DNA of 64,000 bases from a virus (lineage: Duplodnaviria > Caudoviricetes): the IMG/VR virus record IMGVR_UViG_3300021387_000544, positions 5,678 to 69,677 of that record. The stretch is one strand, 5' to 3'. A program made the translations under genes and the position numbers. The notes under the pieces are model-generated. The model saw only the letters and a list, made by a program, of their open reading frames with translations. It ran no database searches and was not told the DNA's origin. Below are positions 8,997 through 17,113 of the stretch, one piece after another. Position 1 is the first letter of the stretch. Every line of letters starts with the position of its first letter.

Positions 8997-9006
8997 TGCA
9001 AAGATA
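8997..9006 (-). promoter_or_regulatory. Bacteroidota -7 promoter box
   Basis: TATCTTTGCA on minus strand upstream of a ~460-nt non-coding leader. Confidence 0.6.
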
Positions 9007-9162
9007 TGGATTAAATTTAATCCCTGCAAATAGTGTAAAAAACCGTTAAACCACATTACTCCACTTTCCTCCGCTTTGTGCCGCTTTTAACATTTCGACT
9101 TTATACTTTATTAACATCGCAGACCCTCAGAAATCAAGGGAACCAGTTGCGAAAATGGAATT

Positions 9163-9555
9163 TTACCATTTTATGCCGTTGCGCCTGAAGATGTCCATGA
9201 GGCTGTTAAGCGACCCCATGCCGACATTACGGCATTTATAGAAATCGGCCAAAGTATACTCCTTCAGGAATGTCCTGACGGTAAACCCGACTCCCAGGTA
9301 CTTGCCGCAGTATCCCCAGCCTTTAACGGGCTTCACCTCCATGGCCTTCGCGATTTTGAGCACCCTCATCGGTGCCCCGTTCTCCTTCAGGAACTCCCTG
9401 AACGGCATGTCCAGGATATCGCCGTGATCCGTGATTGAATTTTCTGCCGTATCCGTCGCGTCGGCAATTTCCAAAATGATGTCCTTGATCTCCGGGCACT
9501 CGCGGTACATGGCCGTGAGCACTCTCTTCATGATTTCTCTTTCTGAATTGTTCAT
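9163..9555 (-). CDS. Hypothetical protein with C-terminal alpha-CTD/HhH-like motif
   Basis: FTVRTFLKEYTLADFYKCRNVGMGSLNSL. Confidence 0.7.
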   Translation of the reverse strand: MNNSEREIMKRVLTAMYRECPEIKDIILEIADATDTAENSITDHGDILDMPFREFLKENGAPMRVLKIAKAMEVKPVKGWGYCGKYLGVGFTVRTFLKEYTLADFYKCRNVGMGSLNSLMDIFRRNGIKW

Positions 9556-9606
9556 AATCTGTAATCTTTGTACGCCTTATGGCGAAAATGAAAATATAAC
9601 CCTTAT

Positions 9607-10458
9607 TTAGAATTGTTCAAAATACTGCATGGCAAGTTCCGTCATGGACTCCATACCGGCACAGATGTAGCGCTCCGTCATCGTCGTAGAGGAGTGCCCG
9701 GCCAGTCGCGAAACGAGCAGGAGGTCACGGCAGCGCAAATAGAGATTCGTGCAGAAGGAACGGCGCGAGGTGTGTGACGAAACTGCCTCATACTTCGGTC
9801 CCGTCCAGAAGGCTCCGTTTCGGTACAGCTGGATCTCCTGGTCGATGTCGCACAGGCTGCAGATGGTGCGGATGGTAGCGTTGAAGGTGTTGTCGCTGAC
9901 CTCATGACGGTATGCCTGTGCGAAGGTGGTGCCTGTGGCGAAAAGGATCTGGCGTGCAACTGGCGATAACGGCAACTCCGCCTTGATATGCGTCTTCTGC
10001 GATACGTACACCAGATGGCCCGTAGGAGTCACGTTTGCAGTCGTAAAGCGCGAATAGTCGCTGTGCCTGGCTCCGGTCAGGCATCCCAGAATGAACTGCT
10101 GCTGCACGATGGCCTCCGTCAGGGTATCCGGGCGGTATGCGATAATACGCCTGATCTCCGACTCCGTGAGATAGGTCTGCTGTGACTCGTCGTCTCGTAC
10201 TGCCAGGCTCTTGCGCCAGTCCCTGGGCAGATCCACCTCGTCGGTGTACTGCTCGATCACGGCCTTAAGTTTGGCGGTATATTGCCGGGCTGATGACTGT
10301 GCCATATCGTTGCACAGCCAGTCGGCAAAACGGCTCATGTTGGCCTTCGTGAGAGACTCCCAGGCAAAGGGTGTGCCTGTTGCGATAGTCCACTTTTCGG
10401 CGATCTTGCCGTTTTTCGGATACTTGGCCAAAAGGGCCTCTGATAGCGTCGTAGTCAT
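9607..10458 (-). CDS. Second tyrosine recombinase (short, no arm-binding domain)
   Basis: TGARHSD, HTSRRSFCTNL, AGHSSTTMTERY catalytic motifs; 283 aa. Confidence 0.9.
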   Translation of the reverse strand: MTTTLSEALLAKYPKNGKIAEKWTIATGTPFAWESLTKANMSRFADWLCNDMAQSSARQYTAKLKAVIEQYTDEVDLPRDWRKSLAVRDDESQQTYLTESEIRRIIAYRPDTLTEAIVQQQFILGCLTGARHSDYSRFTTANVTPTGHLVYVSQKTHIKAELPLSPVARQILFATGTTFAQAYRHEVSDNTFNATIRTICSLCDIDQEIQLYRNGAFWTGPKYEAVSSHTSRRSFCTNLYLRCRDLLLVSRLAGHSSTTMTERYICAGMESMTELAMQYFEQF

Positions 10459-10628
10459 TTTGATGCCTCCCTGATTAAATTGTTAATAAACTCCGTCGTC
10501 GTCTGGTCGCCCTTTGCGGACTGTATCCAGTCGTACAGGCTCTTTTCCAGGTGGAAATTGACCCGGACGGCCTCCGTGGATCGTGCCGGGCGCCCTACTC
10601 TCTTTGTACCGTTTTTCTGTGCAGCCAT
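10455..10628 (-). CDS. Ribbon-helix-helix DNA-binding protein (57 aa)
   Basis: Manual translation MAAQKNGTKRVGRPARSTEAVRVNFHLEKSLYDWIQSAKGDQTTTEFINNLIREASK; ATGA overlap with the recombinase start. Confidence 0.7.
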   Translation of the reverse strand: MAAQKNGTKRVGRPARSTEAVRVNFHLEKSLYDWIQSAKGDQTTTEFINNLIREASK

Positions 10629-10649
10629 ATTGCGAAAATGAATTTAGCG

Positions 10650-10880
10650 TTATTTGTCCCTGAATAATTCGACGTAATAATAAAAACCGTCTATTTCGAC
10701 CCTGATAGTGCCGCGAAGCTCCTTGCCGGGCATGTTGCGGAAATAGGTCTTCACGCTGTATCTTTCAGCCAGTTGCCCGGCCATCGCCAAAAAGGCGCTT
10801 TTCGCCGATTGCTCCTTTTTCCAGATCTCTTCGTGACGTTTGCCAATAGGCAAATTATCCTTAATGATATACTTTCCCAT
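10650..10880 (-). CDS. Small early hypothetical protein
   Basis: 76 aa, co-oriented array. Confidence 0.7.
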   Translation of the reverse strand: MGKYIIKDNLPIGKRHEEIWKKEQSAKSAFLAMAGQLAERYSVKTYFRNMPGKELRGTIRVEIDGFYYYVELFRDK

Positions 10881-10950
10881 ATATGCCGTTTATTTTGATT
10901 GTGAGACGTTAAAATGATTATTCCCTGTAACTGTGCGCCCTGTTGCGATA

Positions 10951-11133
10951 TCAGGCCGCAGCGGCCTTTTTACGCCGTTTCCGGGCTTTTCTCTTATACC
11001 GCTTATCGATCCTTTTCCAGTCGATACCGTAAACGAAAAGATAATAGACCGCCATACCCGGCAAAAACCACCACGGCAAAAGGCATGCGGCCAGGAACAC
11101 CAACAGGATCGCCCAAACATATACACCTAACAT
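10951..11133 (-). CDS. Small membrane protein with basic tail
   Basis: Hydrophobic N-terminal half, RKARKRRKK C-terminus. Confidence 0.6.
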   Translation of the reverse strand: MLGVYVWAILLVFLAACLLPWWFLPGMAVYYLFVYGIDWKRIDKRYKRKARKRRKKAAAA

Positions 11134-11149
11134 AATAACCTCCTATCTT

Positions 11150-11368
11150 TTAGTTGTTGATCACCATACGCGAAATATCACGCGTTTTAACTTCATTTCC
11201 CTGATCGTCGTACATGGTCACGAAAACTCCCGATACTGCAGCGCCTGAGGCCTGATAAAACGAAATAGTATCCGTGAGCTCCGTATGATCCAGGATCATG
11301 CCGGCCGTTTCCTGTTCGCCATCAATTGTAACGGCGTCCACCGAATAGACAAAATAGTACTTTTCCAT
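11150..11368 (-). CDS. Small early hypothetical protein
   Basis: 72 aa. Confidence 0.7.
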   Translation of the reverse strand: MEKYYFVYSVDAVTIDGEQETAGMILDHTELTDTISFYQASGAAVSGVFVTMYDDQGNEVKTRDISRMVINN

Positions 11369-11392
11369 ATCTGATAATGCTTAAATGATTAA

Positions 11393-11614
11393 TTACTGTT
11401 TTTCCTCAAAAAAGATATAGCAGCTTTCCGGGCTGATGACGCCGGAGTTATTAAAAAGATCCTGATACTGTGACGGCGTTAATACGTCGGCGTAATCGTA
11501 ACCAAAATCACGCTCAAACTTTGCCAGCTCTATACGCTCCGCCGCCGACATGTTTTTTAATTCGTCCAAATTATAAAGATCGGATGAAAAAACCAAAATA
11601 ATAATATTTTCCAT
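11393..11614 (-). CDS. Small early hypothetical protein
   Basis: Start reassigned to MENIIILVF (tatcattATG leader). Confidence 0.7.
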   Translation of the reverse strand: MENIIILVFSSDLYNLDELKNMSAAERIELAKFERDFGYDYADVLTPSQYQDLFNNSGVISPESCYIFFEEKQ

Positions 11615-11725
11615 AATGATATAACTTTTAAAATGATACGTTTTCTTTTGTCTCTGGCCGCCGATCATGTGCCGGGATGAATAAGTCCCGGACACAGCGA
11701 AACGGCCGTAAATTCGGCCTGTATT

Positions 11726-11974
11726 CTATTCGGGCCAGGCCGTTTTAATCCCGTTTTCTATAAGAGTACACAGGGCCACCGGATCACCTATATATTTTTT
11801 TGCCACCTTTGTAGTTTTCCGGCGACGGCCCGTTATTATCATTTTGTCGCCGTCGAATTCAATTATAACATTTTCTTTAACGGCCAGCGTATTCAGTTTA
11901 CAAAGATCTTTGCAGCATTTTTCCGCCGTCGAATAGATAACACTACTTTTCCAGATATCGATATTAATTTGCAT
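11726..11974 (-). CDS. Small early hypothetical protein
   Basis: 82 aa, tatcattATG leader. Confidence 0.7.
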   Translation of the reverse strand: MQINIDIWKSSVIYSTAEKCCKDLCKLNTLAVKENVIIEFDGDKMIITGRRRKTTKVAKKYIGDPVALCTLIENGIKTAWPE

Positions 11975-12082
11975 AATGATATATTTTTAGTCGTTATTAC
12001 TTCTTTTTGTCGTCGCTGTTGGCGTTTCCGGCTAATCCTGTATAACTAACAGGCCGGGGCCAGAAAACGCCGTTAAAACCGT

Positions 12083-12292
12083 TTATTTGCTCATTTTGTT
12101 ATAGATCTTTTGCAGCAGCATATAAAAACCAAATCCCCTGGAGTGCAAAACGGGTTTTTTGTATCCGTATACCTTTGCCAGCTCATTATATTTTGTGAGC
12201 TCACAGTGATTTAATAACATGACGTCGCGCGAAAAATCGACACCGTCGGCAACCAGTTTTAAAACCAGATCCGTATATTTATTTATATTCAT
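12083..12292 (-). CDS. Small early hypothetical protein
   Basis: 69 aa, conserved AT-rich leader. Confidence 0.7.
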   Translation of the reverse strand: MNINKYTDLVLKLVADGVDFSRDVMLLNHCELTKYNELAKVYGYKKPVLHSRGFGFYMLLQKIYNKMSK

Positions 12293-12395
12293 GACTATAT
12301 ATTTTTAAATTGTTAATACTCTTTTCTTTTCCCTGTGCCGGGCTGATCCGGTGACACCGTACAATTGTGCCACCGGCGCCCGGATCGGCCGTTAT

Positions 12396-12527
12396 TTAGT
12401 CGTTTTCATCATTTATAAAGTGATCGCTTAATTTTGTCTGACCTGTAGTATACAAAGCATTAAACAGGCTGAAAACGTCGACACGATTAAAACCGGCATT
12501 TTTGTTGTTGTTACTTTTCTTTTCCAT
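12396..12527 (-). CDS. Very small early hypothetical protein (43 aa)
   Basis: Start reassigned to MEKKSNNN (tatcattATG leader). Confidence 0.55.
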   Translation of the reverse strand: MEKKSNNNKNAGFNRVDVFSLFNALYTTGQTKLSDHFINDEND

Positions 12528-12670
12528 AATGATAATATATTTAATTGTTAATACTGTTTTGTTTAATCCCTGATCCCCGGCCGTTATTTCCCGGCCGTCT
12601 CTATCTGTTCCCGATATATTGCGTAAAAAACACAAAATAAAACGAATAGTAAAAACATGATCCCAAATAT

Positions 12671-12928
12671 TTAGCAGTTTATTGATACTTCATTTATAAC
12701 GGCCTGTGCCCAATACTTTTGCGACGTTTCGCCGATCTCAAACCACAGTATATTTTTACCGTCGTACCCGTCGTATGCTGCAGCGTCTGGCGCCTGTTGC
12801 ACCTGGTATTTATATTCTTCATTAAAACGTATCTTTGCGTCTATCAGATCCGCAAATAACGTCGTTTCTGTATTCAGTACACCGTCGAAACATGTTACCA
12901 CTATTAAAGCAAATAATTTGTTATTCAT
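12671..12928 (-). CDS. Small early hypothetical protein
   Basis: 85 aa. Confidence 0.7.
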   Translation of the reverse strand: MNNKLFALIVVTCFDGVLNTETTLFADLIDAKIRFNEEYKYQVQQAPDAAAYDGYDGKNILWFEIGETSQKYWAQAVINEVSINC

Positions 12929-13040
12929 ATCTTTAAATATTTAATGTTATTACTTATTTCTTTTGCCTGTAATCGATTTAATTAGTGTTTAGGTAGCGAC
13001 GGCCGCCCGGATGATCCGGACGCCGCCACAGGCCTAATAA

Positions 13041-13892
13041 TTACGCTGATATTCTACAGTCATTTTCTTTAATGATAAACGGCGTATCTGGCGTTATATA
13101 TGTGCGCACACCGTTAACCGTTTTATAGTCATTGGCGACGGGATGATAAGAGAGGCCCACAATACTTTTACCCGGGTCCATATATCTCATATCGTAGTTA
13201 TTACCGTTTACAACTTTATAACCGGCGAAAGATCCCGGCAATTTATTCCCGGCAAAAACAACAGCCACCCGGCCGCCGGCCTGCAGATACTTTTCGGCCG
13301 TTTTCCAGTTGTAGCCGTCAAAGCTGAAAGTGAGATCATAATTATTATATTTGCCTAATAACTTAATTCTGTTTGGCACCTTTGTATAATCGTAAAATTG
13401 TACGTCGGGAAATAATTCTAAAATATTCAGGCCTGTAACAGGATCAACAAACAACTCCGGCGAAAGATCCGACGTACAGTTTAAACGTACCGAAAACGGG
13501 ACATTTGCAGCCAGCGCGCGCGCCTGTGCTCTCTTAATTTCGTGTACCAAAATACGCATAAATAACGGCCTATTTTCGTAAAATAAACGCGTTTTCTTCA
13601 CTCTGGACTGATTAATTTTTGATAACTCTTTCCCGCGTGCCAATTCATCAATTTTATTTTGTCCTGATCCGTTTAAACAGAATTCGTGACAATGTGCACC
13701 GCCGGCGCAAACCTGGTGCCCGGACATATTCCAGGGTGCAAGATACAGGCCGTATGTTAACGTGCCGGCCGTTTCGCTTAATTCCAGCTTGTGAGAAGTC
13801 GAGACGCCACCCAAATAGGAAACGTGAAACGCTTTCTTAAATGCTGTATAGCTCATATCTTTTGCAAGATCATTAATTACTAAATTTTTCAT
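13041..13892 (-). CDS. GP88-like / radical-SAM-like Fe-S phage protein
   Basis: C-x5-C-x3-C (CAGGAHCHEFC), VRLNCTSD, FYDYTK, LTFS, VAVVF, IVGL motifs. Confidence 0.7.
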   Translation of the reverse strand: MKNLVINDLAKDMSYTAFKKAFHVSYLGGVSTSHKLELSETAGTLTYGLYLAPWNMSGHQVCAGGAHCHEFCLNGSGQNKIDELARGKELSKINQSRVKKTRLFYENRPLFMRILVHEIKRAQARALAANVPFSVRLNCTSDLSPELFVDPVTGLNILELFPDVQFYDYTKVPNRIKLLGKYNNYDLTFSFDGYNWKTAEKYLQAGGRVAVVFAGNKLPGSFAGYKVVNGNNYDMRYMDPGKSIVGLSYHPVANDYKTVNGVRTYITPDTPFIIKENDCRISA

Positions 13893-14021
13893 AATTACTG
13901 CAAATTAGTTGTTTAATTCAAATCTTTTATTTACCTTTGCAGCCCGTAACAGACTTTTAAAGGTTTGTTATTAATTTGTTTCTGATCCGGGCACCTGTGA
14001 AGATCCCCGGATCTTCTGTTA

Positions 14022-14306
14022 TTAAACGGTATACCAATTATAAGAGTTAATAACGGCGCCGTTATAGATCGGATCCCAATTCTTTTGAGAAACATAAACG
14101 CCCAATGCATTAAGACGGGATCTGGTAGTAACACTATTCCACCCGGCCAGCGTGAAACGCTTAACACCCTGATAAACTGCAAAAATACAGTTACCGTGCA
14201 AATACACCTTAACGCCTGTTGTGTCTGCAGTTACTACTGTATTACCACTCCTGAAGTTGCGGCCGGATCTAACAGCCTGTAACATGTTCTTTTCAATCTG
14301 TTTCAT
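14022..14306 (-). CDS. Conserved small phage early protein
   Basis: VYLHGNCI...GWNSVTTRSRLNAL pattern; first gene after promoter at 14352. Confidence 0.75.
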   Translation of the reverse strand: MKQIEKNMLQAVRSGRNFRSGNTVVTADTTGVKVYLHGNCIFAVYQGVKRFTLAGWNSVTTRSRLNALGVYVSQKNWDPIYNGAVINSYNWYTV

Positions 14307-14351
14307 AATTCAGTACTTTTAAATTGTTATTAATTTGTTTCTTTTATCTGT

Positions 14352-14361
14352 TGCAAAGATA
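14352..14361 (-). promoter_or_regulatory. Bacteroidota -7 promoter box driving the small-gene array
   Basis: TATCTTTGCA on minus strand. Confidence 0.65.
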
Positions 14362-14525
14362 CGACTATTTAATTAAATGTGCAAGAAAATAGACGAAAAA
14401 ATAACCCTAAAACACAAAAATATCTTCATTTTCTTGCGTGATCAGAAAATAATAACTAACTTTGTAAACTCTAAGATTGCAATTTAACCACATTTTAATA
14501 AATCAATCATCAAATTAAAATTAAT

Positions 14526-15068
14526 ATGGAATATTCGGTAAATACACAAATTTTACAGGCTAAATATAATATAACCGTAAATGAAGTTATATTTGCATAC
14601 CTGATCGCCGCCGGACTGGATCCCGCGGACGCACACTATTTTATCTATAGCGCTGGCGCCGGATCAGGACTGACAACAGCAGAACAACAGACCGCCAGAG
14701 CAAAAGAGTTATTAAAACTCAATCCGGGGCTATCACTGTTAATCCAGGAAATAAAACGCAAACAGTTTAAACAAACAGCCGCACAAACGGCCGCCAGCCT
14801 ACAGGATCGAGAGCTAACAGAAGAAGAAAAAGAAAAGTATACAACCAGAAAAGGACTAATAGAGGAGATTATAAAAGATTTGCCGTTAATGCCAGGAAAG
14901 GACCGGGCAAATGTCCTTCAATCACTTGCAAAATTACAGGGACTAGACAAACCGGATGAAACAGAAGAAGAAGAAAGGCGTATTTATGTACTCCGATATT
15001 TGTCACACTGCAGATCCTGTAAATTAATGAAGTTATATTTGCAGATCCAGGCAGAGGAAAAGCCCTAA
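14526..15068 (+). CDS. Putative terminase small subunit
   Basis: N-terminal helical/HTH-like part, coiled coil, LQSLAKLQGLD motif; no other terS candidate near terL. Confidence 0.5.
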   Translation: MEYSVNTQILQAKYNITVNEVIFAYLIAAGLDPADAHYFIYSAGAGSGLTTAEQQTARAKELLKLNPGLSLLIQEIKRKQFKQTAAQTAASLQDRELTEEEKEKYTTRKGLIEEIIKDLPLMPGKDRANVLQSLAKLQGLDKPDETEEEERRIYVLRYLSHCRSCKLMKLYLQIQAEEKP

Positions 15069-15469
15069 AACGGCCTATTTTATTTCATTTTATAGGTATA
15101 AAACGCAAAACGGCCGTAATATGCTGTATTTCTGCAGTTTTGCCAGGCACCCGGACACCCCGCACGACACCCACCACCCCCCAAACCATACATATATAAG
15201 GCGCATTCGTTCTCTCTCAAAATTTTTTCCGGATTTTTTTCTGATTATTTTTTTTTCTGTATTAGTGAACTCTTGTTTTTGTTTTTTCACCTGGAGTTCA
15301 CTATGTTTTTGCGGAGTGTTAGTTGTTAACATTTGGTTGTTGAATTGTTAACGGGAGTGTTAAAAATCTGCGTTTTTTGCAGTATTTTAGTTGTTATTTT
15401 GCAATTATCGTTGTTTTGGCAGGGGTGTTGGTATGAATATTATAATAAATAGGAATGGTATATTGGTTA

Positions 15470-15795
15470 TGGTCTGGTGAAGTGGATTATGTGTTATTTC
15501 ACCAAGATTTCACGGATAAATTTTGCATAATCTGCTGATTGTCAAGTGTTTGGTTAAGTATTGTGCATTGGTGAATAAAGATTTATTAGCATATATTTAT
15601 TTCTTTTAGTATTCTACTCTTTAAGTGGAAAAAAGTTCATTTTGGGGTTCACGTTTTCACTTTTGCGGTTTATCGGTTTGATTATCAATCACTTAGCGGT
15701 GTAGTTTTGCGTAAAAAAAGTGAAAAGTGGCGTGTAAAAGTTCACTGTTTGGTGAAAAATGCAGTTTATTTCATTTGGTTTTTCACTAAAATCTT
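15470..15795. repeat. AT-rich region with about 10 GTGAA/TTCAC repeats in both orientations (putative replication origin)
   Basis: Copies near 15476, 15497, 15508, 15571, 15648, 15656, 15720, 15741, 15752, 15782; IHF consensus TATCAATCACTTA at 15683-15695. Confidence 0.55.
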
Positions 15796-15797
15796 CG

Positions 15798-15807
15798 TAT
15801 ATTTGCA
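15798..15807 (+). promoter_or_regulatory. Bacteroidota -7 promoter box for the middle operon
   Basis: TATATTTGCA. Confidence 0.65.
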
Positions 15808-15835
15808 GACGAAAATTTAATCGTTATCTGTGTGT

Positions 15836-16333
15836 ATGAGTGAAAGACTGGTTATAGGCATTGATCCAGGGCGTCATGGCGGCATTGCCGCAGTGTGTTC
15901 TGACGGTGTGGTCATGGATGTCGTTCAGATGCCTGAGACGGCGCAGGACATACTTCTTACTCTCCGTGAGTTCGTCTGTTCCTTCAGGCGTGACGGCGGC
16001 GACGTGGTGTGTTTTGTGGAGAAGGTTGGCGGCATTCCCGGTCAGGGTGCTTCGAGTGCGTTCAACTTCGGCAAGGGGTGCGGTTGGCTTGAGATGTGTC
16101 TTCTTGCCTTGGAGGTGAGGACGGTGTACGTCACTCCGCAGCGCTGGCAGAAGGTGTACGGTGTAGGCAGTTCTTCTATTACGAGGTCGACTGCTGCCGA
16201 GAAGCGCGATCACAAGAATGCGCTGAAGGCGGTGGCTCAGAGGCTGTACCCTTCGCTGGGTCGTCGTGTGACTCTTCGGACGTGTGATGCTTTGTTGATT
16301 GCCGGCTATGGTCTCAAGGAAGAATCGAGGTGA
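15836..16333 (+). CDS. RuvC-like Holliday junction resolvase
   Basis: VIGIDPG, FVEKV, SAFNFG, CDALLIA motifs. Confidence 0.88.
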   Translation: MSERLVIGIDPGRHGGIAAVCSDGVVMDVVQMPETAQDILLTLREFVCSFRRDGGDVVCFVEKVGGIPGQGASSAFNFGKGCGWLEMCLLALEVRTVYVTPQRWQKVYGVGSSSITRSTAAEKRDHKNALKAVAQRLYPSLGRRVTLRTCDALLIAGYGLKEESR

Positions 16334-16461
16334 CGGAGTTCAGGACTCTGACGGTTCGCGGGAGAAGGCCCACGCTTGGGACTTGTCCTTACTGGAAGGA
16401 GAGCAGGTGTGTGCTGCTGAGTCAGCGCGCGTGTGTACATTATAGGAAAAGAGTATAGCGT

Positions 16462-16956
16462 ATGAAACCAAGTAAGAGAATCATGTGTCCGGACTGCGGG
16501 AGGCCTAAGATGCTCTTTGAGACGGAGCGCAAGGCGAACGGCTTCATCAGGTGGAACGGTGACGAGTTGCACGTCCCTGAGGGTTGCGAGTTGCGTGCGT
16601 ACTACTGCCCTTCGTGTTGCGGATGGCACATATCGCACCAGAGGCACAGAAAGTCGTATGACCAGCAGACGAACAACCTCATAGGTGCGTTTGAGCGGTC
16701 GAGGACTTCGGTGTCGAAGATTGACAGGCTCATCAACAAGGATCTGTTCGACCTTGAGGAGAAGAGGCTCATGGAGAAGGCGCAGAGGGTGTATGACGAC
16801 ATACCCGATGAGATAAAGGGTGTCGGAAAGAAAGGCGGCATCAAGAAGTTCCTTGACGGCTATTTCGTCGGCAACGGCATCCACGACAGGAGCGGAAGGC
16901 TGAGAGGTGCCGTATATAAGGTTTTTGAGAAGGACACGGATAAAAGGAGGACATAA
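16462..16956 (+). CDS. Hypothetical protein with Zn-ribbon-like Cys pairs
   Basis: CPDC...YYCPSCCGWH. Confidence 0.75.
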   Translation: MKPSKRIMCPDCGRPKMLFETERKANGFIRWNGDELHVPEGCELRAYYCPSCCGWHISHQRHRKSYDQQTNNLIGAFERSRTSVSKIDRLINKDLFDLEEKRLMEKAQRVYDDIPDEIKGVGKKGGIKKFLDGYFVGNGIHDRSGRLRGAVYKVFEKDTDKRRT

Positions 16957-17113
16957 ACTGTTTAGGTATATTCTTTGGTTATGAATAGGACGCTGACTGA
17001 CAAGGATATTATCGAGGACTACAGGAGGTTCCTCCGGCATGAGTCGATGCGTGCGAATGTGATGCAGGACTATGTGGCGATGGTGATTATTAACGAGATA
17101 AACAGATAGGAAT

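Noticed and set aside
11656-14013. Hairpins as canonical integron attC sites
   Set aside because: No consistent RYYYAAC/GTTRRRY boxes and stem sequences differ; kept only as an integron-like hypothesis
15090-15351. ORFs on both strands in the skewed tract
   Set aside because: Low-complexity products of T/A skew, no start context
15836-16333. RuvC protein as an RNA-guided nuclease (TnpB/Cas12/Tas-like)
   Set aside because: About 165 aa, a plain resolvase with no extra domains and no adjacent array
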